A stretch of 64,000 bases of DNA from Lytechinus pictus (Eukaryota), in contig NC_087245.1 in NCBI RefSeq assembly GCF_037042905.1, positions 21,764,001 to 21,828,000 of the forward strand, written 5' to 3'. Made by a program: the position numbers and the translations under genes. Numbering within the stretch: the first letter of the stretch is position 1; the number at the start of each line of letters is the position of its first letter. Below are positions 27,006 to 39,241 of this stretch, piece after piece. The notes below the pieces were generated by a model. That model was given only the letters and a program-made list of their open reading frames with translations. It searched no databases and was not told the origin of the DNA.

Positions 27006-27434
27006 AACGAGACTGTCGTTGGGGCGAGCAAAAATTACGCCCGCCTGTAACGCGAAAATTTGAGCAAGAAAAGTGAAAGGTGGCGACTTGACCTTTGGAC
27101 CACCAAATCAATATAATTCCTGTGATCCACGCTAGTATCACACACCGAGTTATATGAGCATTGGTGAAGTTAAATTGAATTTATCGCGTTTAAAAGGACT
27201 TCAAAATGTTAAGACGAAAGCATGTCACTGTGACCTTGACCTTTTGACCTCAAAATCAAGAGGTTTACTGGGAGTTATGCTAGTATCATACACACCGAAT
27301 TAAATGAGCGTAGGTTAAGTTAAACTGAAGTTATTGTGTTTACAAGGAAAAGTTAACGGACGGACAGACAGACGGACGGACGGACACCGAGCGTTATACC
27401 ATGATGCGTTCCGTCCTAGGACGGGCGTATAAAA
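27006..27434 (-). mobile_element. DINE-1/HINE-like non-autonomous Helentron element
   Basis: Minus strand begins ttttatacgccc with a hairpin and (GTCC/GTCT)n microsatellite. Subterminal IR gggcgtaa near the other end. tgaccttgac motifs. Confidence 0.6.
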
Positions 27435-27598
27435 CAAAAGAAATAGCAAGTGGATGATGTCATCAGTCCCTTCATTTGCATACCGACCAGGATTTTAATT
27501 AAAAAAATTGTGTGAAATTAAGCGAAACTTTATAATGTCATAACTTTCCCATTTTACATCCGATTTTGATAAAATTTTCAATGTTTCGATTGTTGAGA

Positions 27599-28339
27599 TT
27601 TTGTCTCGCCTGAAAGAAGTTCAGCAGAGACCTAGTATCCTGTTAGTCTGTTCCAGAATGTTAAAGTTTTTGTTCAACTTGCTCCCATTTCTTTTATTCC
27701 TGCATCAATTATGTTCACACGTAGTACATAATGATCCTTGGGTAATACCACATGTGAGTCTATGACGATGATGGGGACAAAGGTCCTATAGGCGTCAAAA
27801 ATTAAACTGATTTGAGGTCATGTCCATCCTTTTTTATTTTTTGTGCAACTGTTTCAATTTTTTTTATATCTGCATCAATTTTGATCATACTTGGTTCAAA
27901 TGATCATTGGGTAATACCGTGTGTGTGTGTGTGTTGTTAAGGATGATGGGTATAAGGGTTAAAAGGTCCATTTTTGTGCAAATTGCTTTAATTCCTTTAT
28001 TTCTGCACCAATTTAATTGGATCACACTTGGTTCAAATGATCCTTGGGTAATACCCCATGTGTGTTGTATGAAAATGATGGGGTCAAAGGTCACATAAGG
28101 GTCAAAAGATCAAATGATATGAGGTCATGTCCATCCTTTTTTAAGTTTTTGTTTTTAATTTTTTGTTCAACTTGCTCTCATTTCTTTATGTCTGCATCAG
28201 TTGTGTTTAAACTTGGAACAAATAATCATAATACCACACGTGTGTTTTTGAAGAAGATAAGGTTAAAGGTCATCTAGGGGTCAAAGATCATATTGCATAT
28301 TAAATCAGGCAAGACTTGTGGTTCATGAACCACCTTGTT
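27599..28339 (+). mobile_element. HINE-like element with internal tandem repeats
   Basis: Subterminal IR gtctcgcctg/caggcaagac, 3' hairpin gtggttcatgaaccac, T-rich insertion site, repeated gggtcaaaggtca units. Confidence 0.55.
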
Positions 28340-28475
28340 CTCTTTTTTATTTAAATCAAGTTTTTGCTTGGGTGGACTTGTCCTTTAAAAGTGATATTTG
28401 ATTTTTGTATACATTTTTGTAGACAGTTTTTATTGTTTGACATCAACATTACTTTTTCTCTTCACTGTCTTACAG

Positions 28476-28556
28476 AAACTCACCGTCTTAGGGATTGTAA
28501 CTCTTCGATATCCCAGTGTTCGAAGACTTCTAACTCAGTGATTGTAACCTGCAACG
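28476..28556 (+). CDS. Receptor gene exon 4: SRCR domain, C-terminal part
   Basis: ttacag acceptor, G|GTGAGT donor, 81 bp, phase 1-1. KTHRLRDCNSSISQCSKTSNSVIVTCN supplies the last three SRCR cysteines. Confidence 0.8.
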
Positions 28557-29393
28557 GTGAGTGTGTGCAAAGATTACAGTTGGCAAATAGTTAGATAATT
28601 CATCAGGGTAAACTTATATTAGTTAAATGAATTCTAAAACACATGACATTATCATGATTATGATGGGGTGACCATAATTTGCGCACATTTTAAAAATGAT
28701 CATGAAGTTTTTTTGCACTCAAAAAATTATCACAGTTCACACAAAATTAATCAAAATTGTCAATACCAGACGGAAGGCAAGATTCCAAGGTCAAATTCGC
28801 TTGACGGAATTATAAAGTAGGTCAAGGGTTTTGCTCGTATCGCGATCTCAAAATTCAACGGCGATCGACTGGTGCGCGCTCGGCTGAAAAAGTGTCATAA
28901 AAACGTGTGACCTTAATTTGCGCACGGTCGTTTTGCAAAGCTTAAGAAAAGAAATCAAGCAGACAAAGGTAAGATAATTATATCAGATGGAGGTCAAAAT
29001 GCCATAAATTCGGTTAGTTTCACATTTTACTTACCTTTTTGGAGACCTCTGCTTGCAAACTGGTGATTTCTTGATGCTTGCCGAGAAGATCGGATTTTTT
29101 CGGAGCGGACGCAAAAGGTAACAAATTCGCCAATGTTTTGCCAATATTTTCACAATTTGAGACCTAACCTTCGAGAAAATTACCATACTGAGTAATTTTT
29201 TTTCTGTTGGTGAAATCAGTTTTTCAAGAGATTTTCGACCGGGCGTAAAATTAGGTAACGCGCGAATTAAGGTCACACCACCATATTTAAATGAAAAATC
29301 GTCAAATTAAAAGCCTTAAGTACTCTGAGAAAATAGGCATAAAGCTCTGGTGCAAGTTTGAAATGTGCGTTATTATTATTGTTATTATTATTA

Positions 29394-29579
29394 TTATGAA
29401 AATGCTTACCATGATTTTCTTATTTACGAAATAATTGGATATATTCATTTGATTTGCTAGTTCATTACGATTAACTTGCACGCCGAATAAAAAGTACACA
29501 ATTTTCCTGCGCGCGCGCTGCATCTCCCTATGAACGCACTATCCCAAGATCATCGCGCAAATGGGCGTCCATTTCCTCT
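29394..29579 (-). repeat. DIRS 3' inverted terminal repeat with terminal extension
   Basis: 29437-29579 is the reverse complement of 37333-37484 (3 substitutions, one 9-bp indel). 29394-29436 is a unique extension. Confidence 0.92.
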
Positions 29580-29635
29580 CATGAGCCTGCACGCAAGACA
29601 TGTTGCCACGCAAGGCGAGGGGTAAGTGGGAGGGT

Positions 29636-29735
29636 TCAAATGAATATATCCAGTTAATTCGTAAATAAGAAAATCATGGTAAGTATTTTCATAATTTACT
29701 ATCAATAACTGGGATATATTCATTTGATTTGCTAG
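29636..29735 (-). other. DIRS internal complementary region (ICR)
   Basis: 29636-29694 is complementary to 29394-29452, and 29692-29735 is complementary to 37461-37504. The two halves share TAA at 29692-29694. Confidence 0.92.
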
Positions 29736-29798
29736 ACCAACACGGATTCAACGTGAAGGGAGGCATGTCTAGAAAAAAAGTGCGCAAAATAAGGGAGA

Positions 29799-30900
29799 TT
29801 AAGACACGGAGGCCGCTGCCTTGAGGGCAGAGGAGGCAAATAAGGCCTCTCCCGAAGGAATGTCCTTTAAATAAAAGGAATTAAAGGAGTTGGAAGAGCG
29901 CCAAAAGGCAGCTCTTAAAATGTCGTCTAAGGCGACTCCATTGAAAAGAGCCCCGGCCAAGAAGTAGCGATACTTTGTGTATCATGGGCTCTCGGCCTAG
30001 TGTCCGAAAGGAGAGCATCATCACCAGCTGATTTGATCGCCTCAACGATCCAGCGGGAGATGGTGTCTCGCGACGCTGCCACAAACGGCTCGCGCGACGT
30101 GACAAACAACTGATTTGCGAAGCGACTTCGTTCTATCCAGATACCATTTCAACGCCCTGACCGGGCACCAGACTTTGTCCTCGGCAACCGAGGAAAGATC
30201 TGAAAGAGGAGCTAGGAAGAACTCAAATCGAACGAGAGGTGGTAGTCTGATTCTTGCCAATGAAAGACAGTGTGGGGATCAAGCGGACTCCACGCCGTTC
30301 CCACCGGATGTGACCGGAAGAAATACACAAAGCGTGAATAGGCTGCGTCTTTGACCGGATGCTACAGCAATTAGAAAGGCAGTCTTAACAGACAAATTAT
30401 GCAAGGAGCTCTTGGCCAGAGGCTCAAATGGAGGTTTAGCCAAGGCGTTAAGCACAGCCGGTAGACACCAGGAAGGAGCCAGACTTTTCTTCGGAGGTCG
30501 CTTTAGGAAAAACGCTCTCATCAGTCTAGAGAGAAGACTGGCATTAGGGACGTTGGAGCCATCTGGGAATCCGGAATGAAACGCGGCAATAGCCGACCGG
30601 AAGCCCCTAATGGTAGAAAGCGAACGACCGATGTCGAAAAAGTGAACAAACAAATCCGCGATCGCGGCAAGAGAAGCGCTGCGAGGATCAACAGACCGCG
30701 CAGCGCACCAATCTGAAAATCGGCCCAAACGAGAATTGTAAAGATCAAGAGTCGAGTTTCTCCGACTTTGCATCACCAATTGTGAGGCACGATCAGAAAG
30801 GCCTAACGCTCTCGCGTCCTGCCCGATAACGCCCATGCAGTTAAGTGGAGGACCGCTGGACGAGGATGCACGATTCCCGACAGAGGTTGAGATACTATTT
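29799..30900 (-). pseudogene. DIRS tyrosine recombinase (frameshifted; 5' limit approximate)
   Basis: SRRNSTLDLYNSR, KTAFLIAVASGQRRS, CPVRALKWYL, RAHDTQS and AAFWRSSNSFNSFYLKD are spread over several frames. Stop at 29799-29801. Confidence 0.9.
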
Positions 30901-30958
30901 CTGATCTCAGAGGAAGTATGAGCGGATCCCCCTCCAACAATTCTAGGAGCTGTGGTAA

Positions 30959-31417
30959 TCAGCACCTCCTTGGCCAATTGGGGGCCAATAGAAGAAGCCA
31001 AGCTTGGTCTTCCTTCACTTTCCTCAATACCTGCGGTATTAGGTGGAACGGAGGAAACGCATAACACCTCCGATCCAGCCAATGAATGGAGAATGCATCC
31101 AGGGAAGTTGCTTCTGTTTCGTTGACACGAGAGCAGAACATCGGTAACTTCCGGTTGAGAGCCGTGGCAAACAAGTCTATTTCCAGGGGCCCCCAGTGGG
31201 CTTGGACAGACTGAAATATCTCCGGGTGAAGCGACCATTCGGATGGTAGGCACCGGCCCCGTGACAGAAAATCGGCTATCAGGTTGTCGCTGCCTGGAAT
31301 GTACGAGGCAATTGGAACGATCTTCGCATGGCGGCACCACTCCCAGAGCTCCGCAGCGAGGGCGTTGAGAGAGCTCGATCGGGCCTTGAGGGCCTTGGCG
31401 ATTGATGTACGCCGCAA
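30959..31417 (-). pseudogene. DIRS RNase H C-terminus plus DNA adenine methyltransferase-like domain
   Basis: YIPGSDNLIADFLSR (RNase H end), then IDLFATALNRK..FCS, DAFSIHW, YAFPP and LLAPNWP, typical of the DIRS1 MT domain. Confidence 0.85.
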
Positions 31418-32658
31418 CTGACTTGTTGTCTGTGCGAATCAGGACCGTTCGTTCGACTAACCTGTGTCGGAAATGCTGAAGGGAGTTCATGACAGCCTTC
31501 ATCTCCAACACATTGATATGAGGTAAGGTGCGTTGGGACGACCAGACACCCGAGGTCATCTCCCCCGCACAATGGCCGCCCCATCCCGTAAGCGACGCAT
31601 CTGTAGTCAGAGCGGCTGATGGGAGGGGAGTGCGGAAGGGCTTGCCCCTCGCTACAAAGGACGATCGCATCCGGGCGGCCAGGCTGAGACGGATCTCCTG
31701 AGACAGTGGGATCCGGAGATGCAGAGAATCTACGCTCGGTCTGTAATAGCGCAGGAGGTGTCTCTGAAAAGGTCTCATAAGCAGGCGACAATCCCAAAGG
31801 ATGTCGACAAGGCTTGCCATAAACCCGAGCAACCTCAGCCATGTGCGAGCTTTCACAGAGCTGCGAGCCAGAGAGACGATTGCCCGAACTCTGTCGGGGC
31901 TTGGTCGAGCGATCTGGTTTGGCAGGTCTAGAACCACGCCCAAGTATGTGGGTACGCGGGAAGGCGAGAGATCCGATTTCTCCCAATTCACTACGAATCC
32001 CAACTCCTGTGTGACCCGCAGGAGAAGGGATACGTGTAAAAGGAGTTTGGTCTTTGAACTTGCGGCTAGCAACCAGTCGTCTAGATAAACGAAAACCCTG
32101 AGGCCTCGTTCTCTCAGGTGGGCGTCCACTGCTGTGACCACCCTAGTGAAGACTCTTGGTGCCGGGCGTAAACCGAAGGGCATTGCCCGGTATCTGTATG
32201 TCGCTTCAACCCAACAGGTCCCGTGAAGCGGAATGAATTGGTATGTGGAAATAGGCGTCCCTGAGGTCTAGGGAGACGGCCCAATCCGATGCCTGTAGAG
32301 ACGGCAGAATCGATGCTAGTGTTTCCATTCTGAAATGGTCTGGCTGGATGAATTTGTTGATCATTTTCATGTTCAAAATCATCCTCAATTTCCCCGAGCG
32401 CTTGGGGACGACGAAGATAGGAGAGAGACAGAGATGTGGACTGTCTGGAACCCTCTCTATCGCCTCCTTCTCCAGCAGTGCACCGTTTTCTGCTTCGATG
32501 TACTGCTGATGAAGAAAAGAAACGGTCGGCGGGGCGGATCGAATCGCGCCGTGCGGGAAGGCCTCTATATTGATATAGAAGCCATCTCGCACGACAGATA
32601 AGATAAAAGCGTCGGAGACGACCGCCGACCGGTCCCAGCGCTCGGGAAAACCCGTCAA
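31400..32658 (-). pseudogene. DIRS reverse transcriptase and RNase H (frameshifted)
   Basis: SPIFVVPKRSGKLRMILN, SLDLRDAYFHIPI, MPFGL..AP..F, VYLDDWL, LTTDASLTGWG, HINVLE, IRTDN. Frame breaks near 32200 and 31400. Confidence 0.93.
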
Positions 32659-32699
32659 AGAGGCTGTTTGGGCCTGGCCGGAGCCCTGTAGGCTGGCCG

Positions 32700-34204
32700 G
32701 CTGCCCCTACCCCAACCACCACGTGAGGTACTCACCGGAGGTCTAGTGCGAGCTCTGCGACTTGGCGGCGCGGGTGCACAGGGTTGAGATGGGGCCACCA
32801 CGGGACGAAAGGAAGGACGGGCCTTGGGGGCCGGCTACTTCGTGGGTGGAGCCATCGGGCGCGAGGCTTTGAGTTCTTAAAGAAGCTCCGAAGCCTGTTT
32901 GCGTCCGTCGATCTCTTCTTTGAGAAGAGAGGCCACCTCGCCCCCGAACAAATGTTTGTTCGATTGGGGGACGCCCGGGAGGAACTCTAGAAAGTCCTTG
33001 GACGCGATGCCCAGTCTACTAAGGACGCAAGTTCTGCACGAGTTGGATGCAGTAGTGGCTGCAGTAGCTAGTTGCATCCAGAGCTCGCCTACCAAGGACA
33101 AAAGTGCCTCATCAAGAAGGACACTGTCGTTGGCTGTCACTTCCAGTTTGGAGGACTGTGCTCTTAAACCGAGCAAGGCCCTGAAGAAGGCTGTAAGTCT
33201 GAGGGCTGAACAAGTCAAGGCCTCATATCTAACGTCCGCTTTCTCAACAGTGGCAAAATGACTGGAAGAGAAACGGGTCCCCAAACGTGCCCCGATGCGG
33301 TTAAGCTGGGGGGAGAACGTCTTGGGGGTGAAGAACGCCTCGGTGTTGTCCTTGGAGAAGGCAAAGTTCTTTCCGAAGGACACCGGTTTTCTTCCCTGGG
33401 CGGCAGGCATGCTAGCCTGTAAGGCCGCCCTCTCGTATGCAGCCTTGAAATCATTGGTGAGTGGAATACCTTGAGGGGTTTTCCGTGGCTGCGAGAAGAA
33501 AAGAGAGTCCATATCTCCCTCTACCGGCTCATTAGCAGGGTAGATGTGCGGAAGATATCTATGGAGGATCTCTGTGGCGTCCTGGGCCGTGCTGGCAGAC
33601 GGTTGAGGAGCCGGGCTACTCGGAGGATCGGGATTGAACTTGTCCTCCGATAAAGCCTGTTCCGCCTCCAGAGGGGGGAACCAACCCACGTCTCCTCACT
33701 TGGCGGAGCCCCGAGGGTAGCAGGCGCCCGTGAAAGGCTTGAGTGGCGGTGCTTCGCCGACGCTCCCTTGAGGAGTCTGACACGGCATCGAGCCTAGTCT
33801 GTGCCAGAAGGAGAGGCCCGTGCTCTTCCCCGGTCTTTGGGTGACCCGATAGCCGGTGGGTCTGGCAGCCCTGGAGGAGTCGGCGTTTTCTGAGCTAGTA
33901 CGACGCTCCCCAAATATGGTTCAGGTTCCGGGACGGAAGCCTGGGCTATCACTTTGCGGGCACGTGGTTGCAGTTCCATGGTTCCACCCTTCTTTAGTTG
34001 GGCACATGGACGCGCTTCCACGGTTCCACCCCCATGGGCACGTGGACTCGGATCCATGGTTCCACCCTTCTTAGAACCCACGAGGGATCTTTCTCTGTTG
34101 CTTTCTACATTACCACTGGTAAGGAACAGAACCCCGGTGTTGGACACCTCTCCAGCGGCCATTTCGAGCTCTTCTAGGGAGGAATCCGAGAGGCTAATGC
34201 TCAC
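32700..34204 (-). pseudogene. DIRS ORF1 (gag-like), frameshifted
   Basis: GC-rich ORFs 33794-34204 and 32877-33689 lie directly upstream of RT in the same orientation. Assigned by position only. Confidence 0.65.
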
Positions 34205-34664
34205 ATAGACGTAAATCTAGTAGCGAGTAGAAAGAACAAAACAGAGAAAACGGGAGGGGGGGGGGTAGGGGGTGAAAAAACCCCAACCCCAGAAGTCAAG
34301 AGACTTCAAACAAAACGAACTGCGAGAATAAGTAAATTTAATTAAATTCAATATCTCAAAGGATAAGTACAAAGAAGTACTATCACAGTTAAAGGGAACA
34401 GTAATAATTAAGAAATTTTCATGAAAAAACTCTCCTTTTTTTTGTTCGTTAAGAAAACACAACAAGAAAACCGCTCCTGCTAGATTCCTGAAAGAACCAC
34501 CTAAGAAAAAACGCAACGTTTTTTTTTTTGTGTGTGAAAACCTGTTCAGAAAAAAAAAAATTATAAGTCTGAGGTTAAGAACAGGATCAGCTGAGAAAAA
34601 AAAAAGCTAATCTGAAAAGGAAAGAAGAAAATAAAAGCTTGCTTTCCTGAAAAAGGAAGACCTG

Positions 34665-36630
34665 GGGCCCATTTCATAAAGGTACAGCGTCAGCGTCAAG
34701 TCCCAAAACAGCGTCAAATTTTCACTTGCAGCTTCAAATTCAATATTTGACGCTGCAGCGCATTTCATAAAAAGTTGACGCTCCAGTGGGAGCGTCAACT
34801 TTTTACTGGAGCGTCAAGTATGGTTACTGGAGCGTCAAATAGGGTTAAATATTTGACGCTGGTCATGGGGGAGCGTCAAGTTGACACTGTAAAAGGTTTT
34901 CATTGTGAAGAATGGCATACGTTGTGCTCAGGCATGCCCAATGGGCTCTTACAAGAGAACGGATATCTAGAGCAATGTCTATGATAATAATGCTAATGAA
35001 GAATAATTTAAGGTAATGCTTTCTAGTAGAAATGCCGTTTCTTTTTTTTTTGTTCTACCTATCCCCCCCCAAAAAAAATGTTTAAAAATTCCTCCGAAAC
35101 AGCAAATTTTCCAGTCTTTCCCAGGGCAGGCAAATGGAAAAAAAGGGAGGTTATAGACAGACTTAAAAAAAAAAAAAATGGAGAGGATTTTTTTTTCTTG
35201 TGGGAAAAAAAAGACAGGTAGATCTATTATGTGTGTGGAAGTGTTTAATTCAAGGCCTAAATTAAAAAAGCCCTAGACCATAAAAAAGGTTACACTTCGT
35301 AATTCCGAACGTTCTTTATTCCGAAGGTCCGTAATTCCGAAACACGTAAATTGCCTATAAGGCTATACCCCGACCTTCGTTAATCTGAAAACGTAAAAGG
35401 GTTCGTTAATCCGAACATTTGTGGCGTTATTCCGAAGGTTCGACAATCCGAAAACGAAATAAGGTTTGATGTTCCGAAGGTTCGTTAATCCAAGAACGAA
35501 ATAAGGTTTGTTAATCCGAAAACGAAATAAGGTTCGTTAGTCCGAAAACGAAATAACGTTCGTTAATCATTTCGTTTTCGGACTAACGAACCTTCGGAAT
35601 TATGAACCTCACTTCGTTTTCGGACTAACGAACCTTCGGAATAATGAAGCTTCGGAATTAGGAATGTATGCGATTAAAAAATGATTGCTTTTTTTTTCTG
35701 TTTCTGACTTTCTCACAAAAAAAAAGTTGTGGCCATGGCATTGTTGAATCCATTTACTGAATGGTTATTCACCGTTGAAACCGATAACTTAAAAATCATT
35801 TCCATTTTTAACAAAAATAATCTTTTAAGGTCATTTTCGATGTTTCATGCATAATTAGAGCCTACACATTTACTTGCTTCAGGGTGATTTTTAATAGCAC
35901 TGCACCAGCAGTGGCCTGCGCCTGCCTTGTTGTTGATACAACCTTGCATTACCGACACAAATAGTCAAGTGTGGGACTGGGATGAAAATTGTACGGTAGA
36001 AACTTTGTTGAAGGTGAAATTTCGACCGGCAATAATAATAAATTTTCCCCCTTTTTAAGATAATTTTTTCCCTGGCATAGGGCTAAATTAAATCAATTCT
36101 CTGAAAACTTACACAATGGAGAAACAATGCTATGCCATCCTGTGACAAATTTATATTTTCTTCTTACTCTCTTCTAGAATTGCAAACTATCGCCATAGAG
36201 CCATCACTCTGCTTCAACTGCTAGTCTTATGCTGCAGACCCTGTTTGCAGCTGCTAAATAATAATTTCGCTCCCGAAAAAATTAATGAGCAAAAAAAATT
36301 CTCTTTCAATTTTTTTTCTTCTAATTTTGCTTCTCAAAGGTGGGGGGGGGGCCACGGGCCGGCTGTGCCCCCCCCCCTGGATCCGCCAGTGCGTTCTACT
36401 TAAACTTATGACTTGAATTGAAAACAAAAAACTGGAGAGAAAGGGGATTTCCCCCTAATCAGCCTCGTACATGACTATTCAAATAAATAGCTGGAAAGTC
36501 AAGCTGACTTTCCAGCGAATGTGCTTTTATGAAATGCAAAGTTGCTAGCATAGCAAGTAAAAGCTGCTATTCTACCAGAGTTGCTATCATAGCAACTTGC
36601 TATGATAGCAACTCTTTATGAAATAGGCCC
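34665..36630. mobile_element. Harbinger-like non-autonomous insertion in the DIRS 5' leader
   Basis: gggcccatttcataaag...ctttatgaaataggccc termini with CWG flanks (ctg/cag, not identical). Confidence 0.55.
35288..35672. mobile_element. Second, inverted copy of the foldback MITE, nested within DIRS
   Basis: Same termini (ggttacacttcg...gaatgtatgcg) as 788-1259 in reverse orientation. Near-TSD ataaaaaa/attaaaaa. Confidence 0.8.
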
Positions 36631-37332
36631 CAGAAGGAAATTAGCGAGAAGGGACGCTAACAAGAAACGGCTTCCTTAAAAAGAAATAAATTTTTCTTGC
36701 GAAGGAAAAAAAAAATAAACGAATTTCTTAAGACAAGGTCAAAGATAATTTTTTTTTAATTAGAAGTAATTAATTAAATAATTAATTAATTCAATTAATT
36801 AATTCACAATAACAAAGGAATGCAAGAAGTGATTGGAACAAAAGAACAATCAACTAACTCGAAACAAGAACAACAGAAGTTCAAACGAGTTTCAGATAAA
36901 CACGACTCTCCTGACAGTCCAACAGAACCTATCTGTGGAAAGAAAAATAAAATTCAAAGAAATTCAAGACGTAAGCGTAGAAGCGAGAAGTCAATGAAAT
37001 AAAAAGAATTAATAAAGAAAAAGGAGAGCGACGGCTCAACGCCCGCGACACGCAGGAGCGCGGAGCTACGCGGAGGGGAAGCGAAAGCAACCCATCCTGC
37101 GAGAAAACGTATCTTATGTTTAGACTCACAAGAAGAATAACAAAATACGTGAAAATAAATATCACGGAGGGCTCCGCGCGATGGGATATGCTTAAAACAA
37201 TCTTAAATAAAAATAAAAAAGATTGAACTAAGGGAACAAATGCAAAATATAAGAATCCAAAGTATGAAACGAAATTGCAATTTTGGGAGTGTACTTAGCT
37301 TGCGACTAAACTCGACGGCAGGCGAAAGTAAA

Positions 37333-37504
37333 AGAGGAAATGGACGCCCAATTGCGCGATGATCTTGGGATAGTGCGTTCGGTGCGTTCGTAGGGAGATG
37401 CAGCGCGCGCGCAGGAAAATTGTGTACTTTTTTTTCGGCGTGCAAGTTAATCGTAATGAACTAGCAAATCAAATGAATATATCCCAGTTATTGATAGTAA
37501 ATTA
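37333..37504 (-). repeat. DIRS 5' inverted terminal repeat
   Basis: Reverse complement of the repeat at 29437-29579. Its outer end matches the ICR. Confidence 0.92.
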
Positions 37505-39241
37505 TTATATTATAATTATTATGATTATTATTATCATGTTATTATTTAGCATTATTATTTAGTAATAAACTGCGCTTTTCCTAGAATGACCCAAAAAGCT
37601 TACAACAAGAAAAAAAAAGATACATAAATAGAATCTTAAAATCTAAAAATCTGGATTGGAAAATAAAAATATTTGAACTCCCTTTTAAATGAAGAGACGG
37701 GTAGTGATTGCCTTAGAGTCAGCGGTAGAATCGGATATAAAGGTCTATCTCTGGTGGATTATTTTATTCAATATGCCATATATTTTATGAGTGATTATTC
37801 ATTATCACCCGTATCAGACATATAAGCTCGTAATTTACAAAACCGTATTGCCCTAGATTTTCTGAATATTGGAAAGGGATAGGCGTGTTGTTTGTATTTT
37901 GCTCGGTCTCTATGCGCGTATTGACTTTCCATGCAGAGACGACGCAATATGAAACCTTGAATTTACCTGGTCTCACATCTGGGCATTTGAGGATGCGTAG
38001 AAAAAAAGTTCTGTTCCCTCGAAACAATGCTTGTATTTCCATAATTTCATTAGATAAGCGCGTTTTCACTGGTCTCCCACAGAAGCTATCGCAGGGTTAA
38101 CAAAAGACTGAATGCATGACTGATCGTCGACAAAACGGTGTGTCGAGTGAGTCTGGACGCTAGCCTGTAAAACCTCTTCATTTTATGAAATTATTGAAAT
38201 TCAAGCCTTATTTCAAATATCCAGATCTTTGTTATTTCTTGACCATTTTTTTGTAATTGAGGTATCAAACTAAAGAGCAGATATTGAACTTTTTAAAAAT
38301 GTGGGTTTCTATTTGAAACCCAGACACAGCACGCCAAGTGACTTTTTGGTATTCCCTCTTCAAATTGTCTTTGCTTACTCATGCGTGAATGATAAAAATT
38401 CTAGGTAATTTCAGATGAAAGAGGAGATCCTAAGCTTTAAAATGGTAGGTCATTTGTCTATTCTATTACTGAAGTCTTATCTTTTCTAACAGTATTAGTT
38501 ATTGGCACTTTGACACTCATCCAAACTTTCTTTCTTTTCTTGTGCGCCTCGGAGTAGAATATTTCTAGATAGATTGCGATATATAAATGCCTATTATTAT
38601 TATTATGATAAATAATCGATAAATCTCGGTTTCGTTTTTTGTGGGACGCACTGTCTATGTCCACACCAGAGAAGTGTTAAACAACACCAATTTCGTTTTT
38701 GTCTAGCACCAGATAGGTGTTTATACAACACCAATTAGTATTAAAACAGCATCGGTTTGATTCCAAACTGGTGTCGTTTCAATACTTCAGTGCTCTGGTG
38801 TGGACATATATAGTTTCCAGGATGGTGTTAAATCAACACCGGAGTTTTTGCAGTGTAATAAAGATAACACTGGATCGGGGCGCTGGATATGCGTCCCCGG
38901 CCCCGGGGCGATCTTACAATTACAAGTATGTCATAATGGTAAAGTGCAGAGCCTGGCCCCTGATGAAAAAGGAGAACCATATTCATGACAGAAATATCTC
39001 AATTTTTATGATTTTGCTCTAGATGTCTGATATGGTTGATAACAAAACTATTGACTGGCTCTTGACTTCTTTCGGGAAACATAAAAAACATTGCCCTTAA
39101 AAAAACCATATTGCCCTCGTCTAAAGACTCTGGCCAATATGACTTTTTTGTAATATATTTGATATCCCCCTCAAGGCCATGTCACCGTTTCAAACAAAGT
39201 TTTATCATGAACATTTCTTTCATTAATTTTTCTGTTAATAG

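Larger units (their letters stand above)
26631..28384. mobile_element. Kolobok-like MITE interrupted by two Helentron-type insertions
   Basis: TTAA at both ends. Colinear with 21818-22400 apart from two inserts. Confidence 0.7.
29394..37504 (-). mobile_element. Full-length, degenerate DIRS1-like tyrosine-recombinase retrotransposon
   Basis: Inverted terminal repeats, internal complementary region, gag-RT-RNase H-MT-YR order, no TSD, flanked on both sides by (TTA)n. Confidence 0.95.

Noticed and set aside
31719..34208. Plus-strand ORFs over the DIRS coding region
   Set aside because: Antisense shadows of GC-rich minus-strand coding sequence.
38717..39022. Possible extra exon (GRSYNY...CRAWP, faintly kringle-like)
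   Set aside because: No convincing phase-1 splice pair or kringle Cys pattern, and it partly overlaps a repeat.
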